Shown: positions 11,228-21,992, numbered from the stretch's first letter. The stretch is DNA of 64,000 nt from Candidatus Helarchaeota archaeon (GCA_019058315.1 JAHPZH010000007.1:64001-128000); one strand, 5' to 3'. The notes: generated by a model not told the origin, from the letters alone. Translations and numbers: made by a program.

Positions 11228-12193
11228 TTAACCATATTTCGTGAACTTCTTTCTTTTTCTTTTAAAATCTTTTAATCTTGTTTCAACTGAAGCAAGGATT
11301 ATTGGTAATGCAATAGTAGCATCACAAATCACATCAACTACATACTCACTCTCGGGATTCACTTTTTTCCAAGATTTAGCTTCTTGCAGGCTTGCTCCAG
11401 ACACACCACCTGGTTCTGGACGATCTGTTGTAATTTGAATTGCATAATCCAATCCTTGAGAAGTCACTTGCATAGTTAATGCTATAAAATGCTTAGGTAC
11501 GCTACCTCCTATTATTAATGCACCCCGTTTCTTAGAATCATAAGCTATATCCATCATGATTCTCTGATCATCAAAAATATCGATTAATAGATTATGTGTC
11601 TGGCTAAACATCCAAATTTGAAATCCTAAAATCGAATCTAACAGTCCAGGGCAAAAAATTGGAATTCCTTTTTTAGCAGCTGAAGTGATAATAGAATCTT
11701 TATTTAACTTTAAACCTAATTCATGTAAAAACTCATTCGCACTGATTTTTTCCGTCTTAATTTCGTTCAAAATTGATTGAATATTATCTTCGAAGTTCTC
11801 ATAGGCTTCATTTGGTAATAAAACATTATATATTCGATTCAAATTCTTTTCAGCAAGAATCTTATCATCAACATGAGCTGATCCATGAATATGTTGAAAG
11901 CCATAAGCTTCGATAATATCATGAGTCAATGTGGCTCCTGTGCAAATTAAAACATCTATATAATCTAATTCTATTAAATCTATGATTACTTGTCTCATTC
12001 CACCTGGAACCATCGCACCTGCGACTCCTAGAAAAATTGTACAGTCATTATCTTTAATCATCTCACAAGAAATATCAACAGATTTAGCTAAATTTCTCGC
12101 TCCAAAACCAGCACCATAGCGCATTTGTTGAATAAGTTCATCAACTTTCATATCAGGCTTTACTTTTACATGTGATATTTTTTTAAATTCCAA
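11228..12193 (-). CDS. dys: Deoxyhypusine synthase
   Basis: GFGARNL, TGATLTHD, GGSVPKH, DRPEPGGVSGASLQEAKSWKK. Confidence 0.92.
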   Translation of the reverse strand: MEFKKISHVKVKPDMKVDELIQQMRYGAGFGARNLAKSVDISCEMIKDNDCTIFLGVAGAMVPGGMRQVIIDLIELDYIDVLICTGATLTHDIIEAYGFQHIHGSAHVDDKILAEKNLNRIYNVLLPNEAYENFEDNIQSILNEIKTEKISANEFLHELGLKLNKDSIITSAAKKGIPIFCPGLLDSILGFQIWMFSQTHNLLIDIFDDQRIMMDIAYDSKKRGALIIGGSVPKHFIALTMQVTSQGLDYAIQITTDRPEPGGVSGASLQEAKSWKKVNPESEYVVDVICDATIALPIILASVETRLKDFKRKRKKFTKYG

Positions 12194-12382
12194 ATTCTTT
12201 CATCTCAGATTTTGAAAATGATAATCGTATAATTATAAATTGTATTAAAATAAATTAATCTAAAACGTTATGTTAATAAGATAGGGTGCCTTTTTTACTT
12301 ATACAATATATTTTGAATCATTAAAATATGAAATTATTCCATTTCTATAAAAGAATAGGATAAAAAAAACAGGTTTGATACG

Positions 12383-12892
12383 ATGACAGCAGTAAAAAAT
12401 GTTTATACAGTTATAAAAATAATAGCCTTAATCTATGGTCTAAGTGTTTCTGGTCTCTCCTTTATGATTGGCTATGATGCTTCTCAATTAAGCTTTCCCC
12501 CTTCAACTATTCCTCATCCTCAATTGTTGGAGAATTCTACACAATACTACCTTAGAGGTACTCCAGAACAAATATATTTGATGTCAAATAATGGAATCCT
12601 TTACAAATTTATCGTACCTACTCTAATTATTATTCATAATGGCTCGTTTGGAAAAGATATGCAAATTCTCGTTCCCGAGATATACAATTTGACTATAGGA
12701 CCTATAATATTACCACCAAAATCCTCTATGTTTTTCACAGTTCATCCACCAGCAAATATATCAAATCCATTATTTCAGTTTATTGTTATGCCCCAAGTAT
12801 GGCTAGGCGGTATTAAAATAATGGAATTCCAAATAAATACGTTCACATTTCCAACATTTGAAATATATAGACAAAATCAATCCCTCTATTAA
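12383..12892 (+). CDS. Membrane-anchored hypothetical protein
   Basis: N-terminal hydrophobic helix followed by a beta-rich domain. Confidence 0.65.
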   Translation: MTAVKNVYTVIKIIALIYGLSVSGLSFMIGYDASQLSFPPSTIPHPQLLENSTQYYLRGTPEQIYLMSNNGILYKFIVPTLIIIHNGSFGKDMQILVPEIYNLTIGPIILPPKSSMFFTVHPPANISNPLFQFIVMPQVWLGGIKIMEFQINTFTFPTFEIYRQNQSLY

Positions 12893-12920
12893 TGTAAGAT
12901 TTATATAAATGTGAGTTAAA

Positions 12921-13415
12921 ATGAAAGCAAAAACAGTGATAAAAGCAATTTTTTATGGCTTGATATATTTTTTCATTTCTGGATTAGTGCCATTGATATC
13001 ACAAGCTGTAACCCAACTATTTGGTGCTGCATTAGACTTTGAACCTAGAACAGTAAATTGGTTGCTCATGGTAGGGATTTTTATTGGGATTTTTGTCTTT
13101 TGTGAAAAATTGCTAGAAGAAAATCATCCAACTGGATCGGGAGTTTTCGGTATTGCACGTTACGTAACAGGTTTAATCGATGTAACCTTATATTATAATT
13201 TATTACTCCATGTTGGCTTTGTTGTTCCTACAATTTTTCCTAATATGGGCTTTGAATTTCCCGATATTGTTTTTACTCTTAATTTAGTGTTTAACAACGT
13301 GTTCTTTGCGCTTTATCTTGTAACTTTGGGATTACTAATTTATGGTGGTTATATAATTAACTTTTTCCGCTATATCTATCAAATGGCTGCAGGTTTCAGA
13401 TTAACAGAAGAATAA
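12921..13415 (+). CDS. Integral membrane protein (about 4 TM)
   Basis: Four hydrophobic segments. Confidence 0.7.
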   Translation: MKAKTVIKAIFYGLIYFFISGLVPLISQAVTQLFGAALDFEPRTVNWLLMVGIFIGIFVFCEKLLEENHPTGSGVFGIARYVTGLIDVTLYYNLLLHVGFVVPTIFPNMGFEFPDIVFTLNLVFNNVFFALYLVTLGLLIYGGYIINFFRYIYQMAAGFRLTEE

Positions 13416-13427
13416 GAGCTCTTAAAT

Positions 13428-14429
13428 TCAAATTTTTTTTTCTTTTGTCTTATTAATTATGATCTTACCCTCTTTATTAATTATTTCATCTACTTTATGA
13501 CGCTTCACTCCGTTTGTTGTTCCTATAGCATTTATACATGCGGCACTAGCTGCTTGACTTCTCATTAGAATTTCTTTTAGTTGATTACAATACAGATTTT
13601 TAATTTCTGAAGTAATAATATTTTTCACCGCTTCTCTTGAAAATTCGTATATAATATTTGCACAAAATGCATCCCCCGCACCGGTAGGGTCTATAATTTG
13701 AATTTTAAATGGAGGTTGAGATATTATTTTATTTTTAAAAAAGGCTATAACACCTTTCTCTCCAAGGGTGATAATTGGAAGTTTAACACCTTTATCTGCT
13801 ATTTTTTTGATTGAATTTTCTAAATTGTCCATTTCTAGAATTCTTTTAAGTTCATAATCATTACAATGAAATATATCTATATATTTCAAAGCAGGAATTA
13901 TAAAATTCCAATTTCTTTTGTAGGGAGCAACAATATCGAGAAAAATTAACCAATTATGCTTCTTTGCTTCTGCACAAATTTCTTCTAATTCATCATCAAA
14001 TTTTCCCAATAAGCCGGCTCCACCTATGTAAAAAATGAATGGTTTTTCAGTTCTGATGAATTTTTTAACAAAATTCACGTCTAAGAATAGATTTGCACCT
14101 GGCTCTGCGTGATATCGTCTATCTTGATTTTCCAAAATAATAATAATATCTTTTGAGGTTCTAGTGTTTATTTTTTGTAAATTAATATTTTTTAAATAGA
14201 ATCTTAAAGTTTTTTCTATAAATTCACCAAAAAAATCATTTCCAACAGGTCCAATCACTATAATTTCATCATTTGACAATCCTAATTTTACTAAATTAAT
14301 TGAAACATTAGCCGCATGCCCACCAATATGCAAATCTGATTCACAATATATTAATTCACCCGGATCTGCAATTTTATTCAAACTATGAACAATAATATCT
14401 GCAACCATTATTCCAGAAATTAATATCAT
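13428..14429 (-). CDS. PfkB/ribokinase family carbohydrate kinase
   Basis: GGHAANVS, VGNDFFG, ITLGEKG, DPTGAGDAF. Confidence 0.92.
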   Translation of the reverse strand: MILISGIMVADIIVHSLNKIADPGELIYCESDLHIGGHAANVSINLVKLGLSNDEIIVIGPVGNDFFGEFIEKTLRFYLKNINLQKINTRTSKDIIIILENQDRRYHAEPGANLFLDVNFVKKFIRTEKPFIFYIGGAGLLGKFDDELEEICAEAKKHNWLIFLDIVAPYKRNWNFIIPALKYIDIFHCNDYELKRILEMDNLENSIKKIADKGVKLPIITLGEKGVIAFFKNKIISQPPFKIQIIDPTGAGDAFCANIIYEFSREAVKNIITSEIKNLYCNQLKEILMRSQAASAACINAIGTTNGVKRHKVDEIINKEGKIIINKTKEKKI

Positions 14430-14589
14430 GATAATTTTTCCCCGTTACTTTCAAGTTTCTTTAATTTTTCTTGAAAATTGCTCAAAACTATTATAATTTC
14501 AAATAATTTTAATTCCTAATTAATACATAATAAAAAAATAGTGGAATATTCAAATTAATATCATTAGTAAAACAAGGAGTAAAATTATT

Positions 14590-15234
14590 TTGCCTTATTT
14601 AACAGATGAAGAGGGTAAATTTCTCCATAAACTTGCAAGAAAAACTGTTGAGGAATGTGTAAAAACAGGAAAACCTATAAAAATAGCAATCCCAGAAGAT
14701 ACTCCTAAAAAATTGTTAGAAAAGGCTGGAATTTTTGTTACATTAAACACAAAAAGAGGGGTTGTAGAGAAACAATTACGAGGGTGTATAGGTCGAGTTC
14801 TACCTAATGTTTCTTTAGCACAAGCCACAATTGATTCCGCTATTGACTCAGCTTTACATGATCCAAGATTTTCTACTGTTAAACCCAATGAATTAGAAAA
14901 TATTGTAGTAGAAATTTCGGTATTAACTCCTCCTGAATTAATTAAAGTTGACAACGTAAAAAACTATCCTAAAATGATTAAAGTCGGTAGGGATGGATTA
15001 ATAATTGAAAAAGGTTGGAATAGGGGACTTTTACTACCTCAAGTGCCAATAGAGCAAGATCCACCTTGGGATGAAGAACAATTTCTCGGTTGGACTTGTT
15101 GGAAAGCAAATCTTACTATGGATCAATGGCTCGATTCAAAAACGAAAATATTTAAATTTCAAGCGGAGATTTTTGAAGAAGAAGAACCTAATGGTAAGAT
15201 AAAAAGAAAAGATATTAGTGAAGAAACTAAATAA
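14590..15234 (+). CDS. AMMECR1 domain protein
   Basis: FVTL...LRGCIG, DPRF, EISVLTPP, GRDGLII, LLPQV. Confidence 0.93.
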   Translation: MPYLTDEEGKFLHKLARKTVEECVKTGKPIKIAIPEDTPKKLLEKAGIFVTLNTKRGVVEKQLRGCIGRVLPNVSLAQATIDSAIDSALHDPRFSTVKPNELENIVVEISVLTPPELIKVDNVKNYPKMIKVGRDGLIIEKGWNRGLLLPQVPIEQDPPWDEEQFLGWTCWKANLTMDQWLDSKTKIFKFQAEIFEEEEPNGKIKRKDISEETK

Positions 15235-15387
15235 AAAAGTAGATTATTAAAAAACATTAAAATTTTTTGCTTATTTTAAAAAAAAATTCGAATTTCACTA
15301 AAATTTATATCTAAAAATACAAATACAAAATTAAATTCAATAAAAATTAGTGTTTATTAAACTCAAAATATTGGTGAGGGCAAAAAT

Positions 15388-16479
15388 TTGAAAACTCGAA
15401 TAACGGAAATGTTCGACATTAAATACCCGATATTATCTGCTGGTATGGGACCATTTTCAACCACCAAGCTTGCTACTGCCGTAACTAATGCGGGTGGTCT
15501 TGGCTTACTCAGTCAGTGGGGAAGCGGTTTGAAAATCGATCCTGATACTTTGGAATATATTGATGACCCAAAAAGAGCAAAAACATTTATGTCTTGGGAA
15601 AAATTAGAGATGGATATTAATTATATAATGGAACATAGTAAGGGTCCATTTGGATGTAATATTAGAGTCGCAAGAGTTCAAGTAGATTATCCTAAATGTC
15701 TAGAAACTATCATAAAGATGCGTAATGAAAATCCTGAAGTTAAGGAACGCCTTAAGATTGTTGTGACTAGTGCAGGAAACCCCGCACCACCAGACAAACA
15801 ATTAAAAAAAGGCGCTCCCGATCTTAAACATTTTCATGTTTCCCCTTCTCTTAGATTGGTCCATAATACATTCAAAGCAGGATGTGATGGTGTTGTAGCT
15901 GTTGGTTATGAAGGGGGCGGGCACCAATCTTATGAAAAAGTCCATACGTTAGTATTAATACCTGAAGTTCGAAAACACTATCCCGATAAAGCTATTATTG
16001 CAGGTGGCGGATTTTATGATGGATCAGGATTGGCTGCAGCATTTTCCATGGGCGCAGATGGAATACAAATGGGATCTCGCTTAATAGCAACAAAAGATTG
16101 CGAATTTCACCCAAATTATAAACAGATGGTAGTAGATGGTAAGGACGAAAGTACACAAGTCTGTCAAGGTGCATTCGGTCCTATAAGGCTTCATAAAAAC
16201 AAATATACTGAGAGTCATGATCAAATATTGAGTAAAGAAGAGAAAATGAAGCAAGAGAAAGAAGAAGGATTATTGGACCCAAAAAAGTTAATGGAAAGAC
16301 AAGCAAGAAAAGAAGCAAAAGCTTATGCTTTAGTATATATGGGTGATATAGAACATGGCGCCGTTCTCTTGGGTCAATCAATTGGCGGTGTCGATGATAT
16401 TCCTACGGTAAAAGAATTATTGGATCGAATGGTTTCCGATGCAGAAAAACGAATAAAAGAAGTTACTAAAATGTTTTAA
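15388..16479 (+). CDS. Nitronate monooxygenase / FabK-like FMN oxidoreductase
   Basis: MKTRITEMFDIKYPI, NAGGLG, GYEGGGH, IAGGGFYDG, GADGIQMGSR. Confidence 0.9.
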   Translation: MKTRITEMFDIKYPILSAGMGPFSTTKLATAVTNAGGLGLLSQWGSGLKIDPDTLEYIDDPKRAKTFMSWEKLEMDINYIMEHSKGPFGCNIRVARVQVDYPKCLETIIKMRNENPEVKERLKIVVTSAGNPAPPDKQLKKGAPDLKHFHVSPSLRLVHNTFKAGCDGVVAVGYEGGGHQSYEKVHTLVLIPEVRKHYPDKAIIAGGGFYDGSGLAAAFSMGADGIQMGSRLIATKDCEFHPNYKQMVVDGKDESTQVCQGAFGPIRLHKNKYTESHDQILSKEEKMKQEKEEGLLDPKKLMERQARKEAKAYALVYMGDIEHGAVLLGQSIGGVDDIPTVKELLDRMVSDAEKRIKEVTKMF

Positions 16480-16503
16480 ACTTTTTTTTATTTTTTTAAT
16501 TTT

Positions 16504-17130
16504 CTACATTCCCCATGAAGAAACCTGTTTTGCGAATTGATATGACATTTTAACATGTTTATTTCCATTTTTTACAGCATCCATATGCCCTGGACATAAA
16601 ACTTCTATATCTAATTTAAGCAACTTTTCTATACTGTTAATTAATGCGTGGATATCTCCACCAATATCTGTTCTGCCTATATTTCCATGACTAAAGATTG
16701 TGTCTCCAGAAAATAAAATTTTATTTTTCTCATCATATAAACAAATACCTCCTCTACTATGTCCTGGAGTAAAAATTACTTGAAGTTTTAAATCTTCATT
16801 GACTTTTAATACATCTCCTTCAGTTAAAATCAATAATTTGTCCTTTAAATATCCATATCGTTTCGCCAATTTTTCATGAACACAAACTACTGCATTAAAT
16901 TCCTTTTGAAAAATATCCACATTAGAACTATGGTCTGGATGATTATGAGTAAGTACAATTTTCTCAATCTTTATATCATAAGATTTTAGATGTTTTATAA
17001 TATCTTCAGCATAATTGCTACTATGACCTGTATCAATGAGAATTTTTTTCCCATAGATGTAAATATTTGAGTTGAAAGTTTGACTCGCTATATAATATAC
17101 GTCTGGGGTTATGTATGAAAATTTAAACAC
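16504..17130 (-). CDS. Metallo-beta-lactamase fold hydrolase (glyoxalase II-like)
   Basis: THNHPDH, TPGHS, FSGD, PGH. Confidence 0.9.
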   Translation of the reverse strand: MFKFSYITPDVYYIASQTFNSNIYIYGKKILIDTGHSSNYAEDIIKHLKSYDIKIEKIVLTHNHPDHSSNVDIFQKEFNAVVCVHEKLAKRYGYLKDKLLILTEGDVLKVNEDLKLQVIFTPGHSRGGICLYDEKNKILFSGDTIFSHGNIGRTDIGGDIHALINSIEKLLKLDIEVLCPGHMDAVKNGNKHVKMSYQFAKQVSSWGM

Positions 17131-17488
17131 CTCTAAATTGCCATTTATTTTTTTTCCAAATCTGATAAAAGTTAAAGCAAATTTAATTCAATATATAATG
17201 TTTTTTAAAAAATATTACTAACTTTTTCCTTTTTTTCTACTTTTAATGATTTTGTTTACATTTTTTTTCAAATAGTAATTTCAAATTATGTCATGGTTCT
17301 ACCGTAATGTTTTTATTTAATTATATTGTATTTTTGTTAAGGTGAAAAATAGTGTGGGATTGCGTTCTCTGTCCCGGTTCGACAAAATAAAACAAGAAGA
17401 CTACTTTTTATAACCCAAGAGTACGGGATAGAAGCAAAAACACCGAAAATATCTATATTTTTAAACAATTTAAAAGAGATGATTAGTT

Positions 17489-19120
17489 TTGAGTGAAGAA
17501 TCTAAAAAGATATTCGTTTCTCCGCATATCGGAAAAATTGCTAAGGACCTAGATCTTCCGGAGAGAGTTTATATGTTTGATACGACTCTACGAGATGGCG
17601 AGCAAACTCCCGGTATATCGTTTACACTACAAGAAAAAATTCAAATAGCCACTCAATTGGATAAGCTAGGTATCGATATAATTGAAGCAGGAATGCCAGT
17701 AGTTTCTAAAGGTGATTATGAGGCATGCAAAAAAATTTCGAAACTAGGTTTAAATGCAGAAATAACCGGATTAGCTAGAATAAATCGTGTAGATATTGAT
17801 AAAGTTATTGAATGCGATATGAACTCAATTCATGTGTTCATAGCAACCTCTGATCTTCATTTAAAAGAAAAATTAAAAATGACAAGAGATGAAGTATTGG
17901 AAGCTATAACTAAAGAGACCGAATACGCTAAAGAACATTATTCAACTGTAGAATTCTCAGCAGAAGATGCTACACGAACTGATTTAGACTATTTAATAAA
18001 AGCAAACAATACAGCCGTTGAAGCAGGGGCTACTCGAATAAATATTCCTGATACTGTAGGAACCATCACTCCTCAAGGGTACGCTTATATCATTAGAGAG
18101 CATAAAAAAGTGCTACCTAAAAATGTTCGCATCTCAGTTCATTGCCATGATGATTTTGGATTGAGTACTGCGAATAGTATCGCTGGAGTAGAAGCTGGTG
18201 CAAGTCAAATCCATTCTACAATTCTGGGAATTGGAGAAAGAGCCGGTAATGTCTCTATGGAAGAAGTGGTAATGTCCTTATATGCATTATATGGAATCAA
18301 AGGTAATATGAAAATCAAATATCTTTACGAAACTGCAAAAATGCTTGAAAGAATGACGGGTTTTGAGATATCTCCAAATTTTCCACTAGTTGGTTCAAAT
18401 GCATTTAAACATGAATCTGGTATCCATGCCCATGCTGTCATTATGAACCCGCGCACTTATGAACCTTTGACTCCTGAATTAATCGGAGTACCACGTACTG
18501 ATAAACTTTCAGACATTATTGAAAAGTCGATATCAATAGGAAAACATACTGGAGGACATAGTCTAGGGGCTAAGCTTGAAGAATTTGGATTTTCAAATCT
18601 GTCTAAATCCCAATTCAATGAGATAAGAACTGAAATTAAGGAAATCGGAGATAAAGGGAAGCAAATATCAGATGCCGATTTGTTCGCGATCGCCACATCT
18701 GTTATTGGAGAAGTACCAGAGGAAGAAAAAACGATGAATTTGGAAGAACTGTCTGTTATGTGTGGTATAAATGTAACACCAACAGCAACAATTCGACTCC
18801 AAATAAAAACTAATGGTGAATGGATAGAACAAGTAGGATCTGCAATCGGAGTAGGACCAGTAGATGCAGCTTGTAATGCCTTACAAGAAGTTTATAATAA
18901 ATTTGGCTATGGAATAATTAAATTAAAAGAATATAACATTGAAGCAATAACAGGAGGAACTGACGCACTAGGACAAGTAAAAGTTTTGCTTGAAGATCAC
19001 AAAGGAGAACAATTAAAAGCCAGAGCAGTAGATCCTGATATTGTAAATGCCAGCATAAAAGCAATGATTAACGGTATGAATCGATATCTTGCCAAAAGAC
19101 GAATAGAAAACAGGAAATAA
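17489..19120 (+). CDS. leuA: 2-isopropylmalate synthase / (R)-citramalate synthase family
   Basis: DTTLRDGEQTPG, HCHDDFG, GIGERAGN, HESGIH, C-terminal regulatory domain GVGPVDA; cimA cannot be excluded. Confidence 0.85.
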   Translation: MSEESKKIFVSPHIGKIAKDLDLPERVYMFDTTLRDGEQTPGISFTLQEKIQIATQLDKLGIDIIEAGMPVVSKGDYEACKKISKLGLNAEITGLARINRVDIDKVIECDMNSIHVFIATSDLHLKEKLKMTRDEVLEAITKETEYAKEHYSTVEFSAEDATRTDLDYLIKANNTAVEAGATRINIPDTVGTITPQGYAYIIREHKKVLPKNVRISVHCHDDFGLSTANSIAGVEAGASQIHSTILGIGERAGNVSMEEVVMSLYALYGIKGNMKIKYLYETAKMLERMTGFEISPNFPLVGSNAFKHESGIHAHAVIMNPRTYEPLTPELIGVPRTDKLSDIIEKSISIGKHTGGHSLGAKLEEFGFSNLSKSQFNEIRTEIKEIGDKGKQISDADLFAIATSVIGEVPEEEKTMNLEELSVMCGINVTPTATIRLQIKTNGEWIEQVGSAIGVGPVDAACNALQEVYNKFGYGIIKLKEYNIEAITGGTDALGQVKVLLEDHKGEQLKARAVDPDIVNASIKAMINGMNRYLAKRRIENRK

Positions 19121-19122
19121 AA

Positions 19123-20274
19123 TTAGAAGGATTTAATTCGACTAGCTATAGCATCTCCGACCTCTGAAGTCTTAGAACTACCTCCTAAATCATAGGTCTT
19201 TATTTTTCCTTCTTTTAATATCTCTTCTATTGCACGTTCTACTTGTTTTGCCCCATTTTTTAAATTTATATCATTATTTCTATTTCCAAGCCAATCTAAT
19301 AACATGTGAGCAGAGAGGATTGCCGCCATAGGATTAGCCTCATTTTTTCCAGCGTGTCGAGGAGCTGATCCATGAATTGGTTCAAACATACCTTTTTCAT
19401 CCCCAACATTACCACTAGCTGCCATTCCCATACTACCTTGTAAAACCGCAGCAAGATCTGTCGCGATATCACCAAACATATTTGGAACCACGCCAACATC
19501 ATACCATTCAGGATTTCTAATTATCCATTGAGTGAATGCATCTATAAATGCATAATCTTGTTCTATTTCAGGATAATGTTTGGCAATTTCTTGATATATT
19601 TGTCTGAATAATTTACAGCCTGCTGTGACATTACTTTTATCAATACAGGTAACTCTTAATTTACCATCGCTAGGAGACCCCTTATTTCTTTGAGTACAAT
19701 AATCGAATGCGAAATTAATTACTCGTTCTGACCCTTTTCTAGTAATTAATCTCGTATCCGTTGCAATCTCCACTTTTCCGCCCCTATCTAACTTTCCATG
19801 TGTATCTGAATACAACCCTTCTGTATTTTCCCTGATAACTACGAAATCAACATTTTCTGGTTTCCAAATCTGTCTAAATTCTCCTGAGATTTTATGTGGA
19901 ACTCCTTCATATAATTTAGTTGGACGAATATTTGCATAGAGATCTAAACCAAAACGCAATCCAAACAGAATATTTAATCCAACCATTTTTCCATCAGGAT
20001 ATGAAACAGTAGTTCCATCAGGATTTGTCCACCCAATTGCTCCTAATAAAATTGCGTCCGATTCTTTTTGACAAACTTCATAAGTTTCTGCAGGCCATTC
20101 TTCTTTTTTTCCATTTTTTAGCCAATATTGTCCGCCACAAGGATATTCAATAAATTCAAAATTAATACCTTTATTTTTTTCTTCTACAGCTTTTAAAGCC
20201 TTCAAAGCTTGGGGAACTACTTCTTGTCCTATTCCATCTCCTGGTAAAACAACTATCTTATATTTTTTTGTCAT
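19123..20274 (-). CDS. leuB: Isopropylmalate/isocitrate/tartrate dehydrogenase family (LeuB-like)
   Basis: [35 protein letters not shown]. Confidence 0.8.
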   Translation of the reverse strand: MTKKYKIVVLPGDGIGQEVVPQALKALKAVEEKNKGINFEFIEYPCGGQYWLKNGKKEEWPAETYEVCQKESDAILLGAIGWTNPDGTTVSYPDGKMVGLNILFGLRFGLDLYANIRPTKLYEGVPHKISGEFRQIWKPENVDFVVIRENTEGLYSDTHGKLDRGGKVEIATDTRLITRKGSERVINFAFDYCTQRNKGSPSDGKLRVTCIDKSNVTAGCKLFRQIYQEIAKHYPEIEQDYAFIDAFTQWIIRNPEWYDVGVVPNMFGDIATDLAAVLQGSMGMAASGNVGDEKGMFEPIHGSAPRHAGKNEANPMAAILSAHMLLDWLGNRNNDINLKNGAKQVERAIEEILKEGKIKTYDLGGSSKTSEVGDAIASRIKSF

Positions 20275-20332
20275 AATAAATCACTCAATATATTACACAA
20301 AGTATAAATATTCAATTTCATGATTATTTTAA

Positions 20333-20351
20333 AATAATATCTTAATCGGGA
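20333..20351 (-). promoter_or_regulatory. Putative BRE/TATA promoter or operator for the leuB-like gene
   Basis: TCCCGATTAAGATATTATT on minus strand, 17/19 identical to the motif upstream of trpB, at a similar distance from the start. Confidence 0.45.
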
Positions 20352-20591
20352 AGATTGAGAATTGGACTGGAATTAACTTTATTAAGTCTGGAACGCCGCA
20401 TGCAAAGGTTTGGCGGCGTTCAAAATCAAAATAGAGATACTCTAGCCCAAATTCTGTTTTTAAATTTTAAATTTCTAAATTTGAAATTAAGATTTACTCA
20501 TATTACTGCAACTTTTTCACTATTTTTCTGGTGCTGGCAGTAAGAAAATCTTAAATTTTCAAAGGAAATTTTTATATTTATTTGTTTTTTA

Positions 20592-20612
20592 TCCCGAATA
20601 AGATTTTATTAA
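20592..20612 (+). promoter_or_regulatory. Putative BRE/TATA promoter for trpB2
   Basis: TCCCGAATAAGATTTTATTAA, about 55 nt before the ATG. Confidence 0.5.
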
Positions 20613-20664
20613 TAAAAAATAATTATGGATAAAAAAAAAAATTAAAACAAACGGAGGTTAATAT

Positions 20665-21975
20665 ATGAAGGAACCAATTAAAATAATACTCGACCCCGAA
20701 GAACTTCCGAAACAATGGTATAATATGTTATCTGACACACCAGCACCCTTTCCCCCATATCTTCACCCAGGAACAAAAGAACCAATAACAGATCCGTCAT
20801 TCTTAATGGCATTATTCCCTAACGAATGCGTCAAACAAGAAGTGAGTCCAGAACGATATATAGATATCCCAGAAGATATAAGAGAAGCTTATTATCGTAT
20901 TGGGCGTCCCTCACCATTATATAGAGCAAAAAGACTTGAGGAAGCATTAAAAACTCCAGCAAAAATCTTTTTAAAAAGAGAAGATTTATCCCCTCCAGGA
21001 TCCCATAAACCTAACACAGCAATAGCACAAGCTTATTATGCAAAAAAAGAAGGGATTGAAAGACTCACCACTGAAACCGGAGCGGGACAATGGGGAAGTG
21101 CTTTGGCCTATTCTTGTGCATTAATGGGTCTGGGATGTAAAGTCTTCATGGTAAGAATTTCATACCAGCAAAAACCTTATAGAAAATATTTAATGAGTAT
21201 CTACGGTGCTGATATTTACCCAAGTCCATCGGATCAAACAGATTTTGGTAAAAAATTAATGGCAAAAGATAAAAACCATCCCGGAAGTCTAGGAATTGCT
21301 ATTTCGGAAGCTGTAGAGGCTGCAATGAAAGATGATGGCGCAAAATATACCCTTGGTAGCGTTTTAAACCATGTAATACTTCATCAAACAGTTGTTGGTC
21401 AAGAACTTATTAAACAATTTGAAAAAATTAATCTTGTACCAGATATATTAATTGGCTGCGTCGGTGGAGGAAGCAATTTTTCTGGTTTTGCATTCCCCTA
21501 TGCAGGTAAAAAATTACGTGGTGAATTAGATAAGGACCTAAAAATAATTACAGTTGAAGCTTCTGCTTGCCCACATATCACTGAGGGTGAATATAAATAC
21601 GATTATGGTGATACTGCTATGACGGCCCCTTTAGCTAAAATGTATACATTAGGTCATGATTTTGTTCCTCCACCAATTCACGCAGGAGGTTTACGTTATC
21701 ATGGCATGTCTCCAATGGTCAGTTTATTAGTAAAAGAAGGCGTGTTTGAGCCAAGAGCATATCCACAAGAACAAATTTTTGCCTCAGCTAAATTGCTAGC
21801 AGAAACCGAGGGATTAGTAACAGCTCCTGAAACCGCACATGCATTACATGCAACAATACTAGAAGCTAAAAAATGTAAGGAAACAGGCGAAGCAAAGGTT
21901 ATATGCTATAATCATTCGGGTCATGGTATGTTCGATTTGGAAGGATACAAAGAGATACTAAAATTACCCATCTAA
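20665..21975 (+). CDS. trpB: Tryptophan synthase beta chain 2 (TrpB2)
   Basis: ELPKQWYN, GSHKPNTA, TETGAGQWG, HAGGLRYHG, APETAH; GGAGG SD. Confidence 0.95.
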   Translation: MKEPIKIILDPEELPKQWYNMLSDTPAPFPPYLHPGTKEPITDPSFLMALFPNECVKQEVSPERYIDIPEDIREAYYRIGRPSPLYRAKRLEEALKTPAKIFLKREDLSPPGSHKPNTAIAQAYYAKKEGIERLTTETGAGQWGSALAYSCALMGLGCKVFMVRISYQQKPYRKYLMSIYGADIYPSPSDQTDFGKKLMAKDKNHPGSLGIAISEAVEAAMKDDGAKYTLGSVLNHVILHQTVVGQELIKQFEKINLVPDILIGCVGGGSNFSGFAFPYAGKKLRGELDKDLKIITVEASACPHITEGEYKYDYGDTAMTAPLAKMYTLGHDFVPPPIHAGGLRYHGMSPMVSLLVKEGVFEPRAYPQEQIFASAKLLAETEGLVTAPETAHALHATILEAKKCKETGEAKVICYNHSGHGMFDLEGYKEILKLPI

Positions 21976-21976
21976 A

Positions 21977-21992
21977 CCCCTTTTTTATTTTT
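21977..21992 (+). terminator. Oligo-T archaeal terminator after trpB2
   Basis: CCCCTTTTTTATTTTT directly after the stop. Confidence 0.4.

Noticed and set aside
20391-20421. SECIS element
   Set aside because: Lies between divergent 5' ends, not in a 3' UTR, and no in-frame UGA selenoprotein is evident nearby
20355-20543. 62-aa ORF as a real protein
   Set aside because: No SD or family features; only its Trp-containing 3' part is kept as a leader candidate
20333-20610. MITE bounded by 19-bp inverted repeats
   Set aside because: No target-site duplication or second copy seen; symmetric position relative to divergent genes is better explained by promoters
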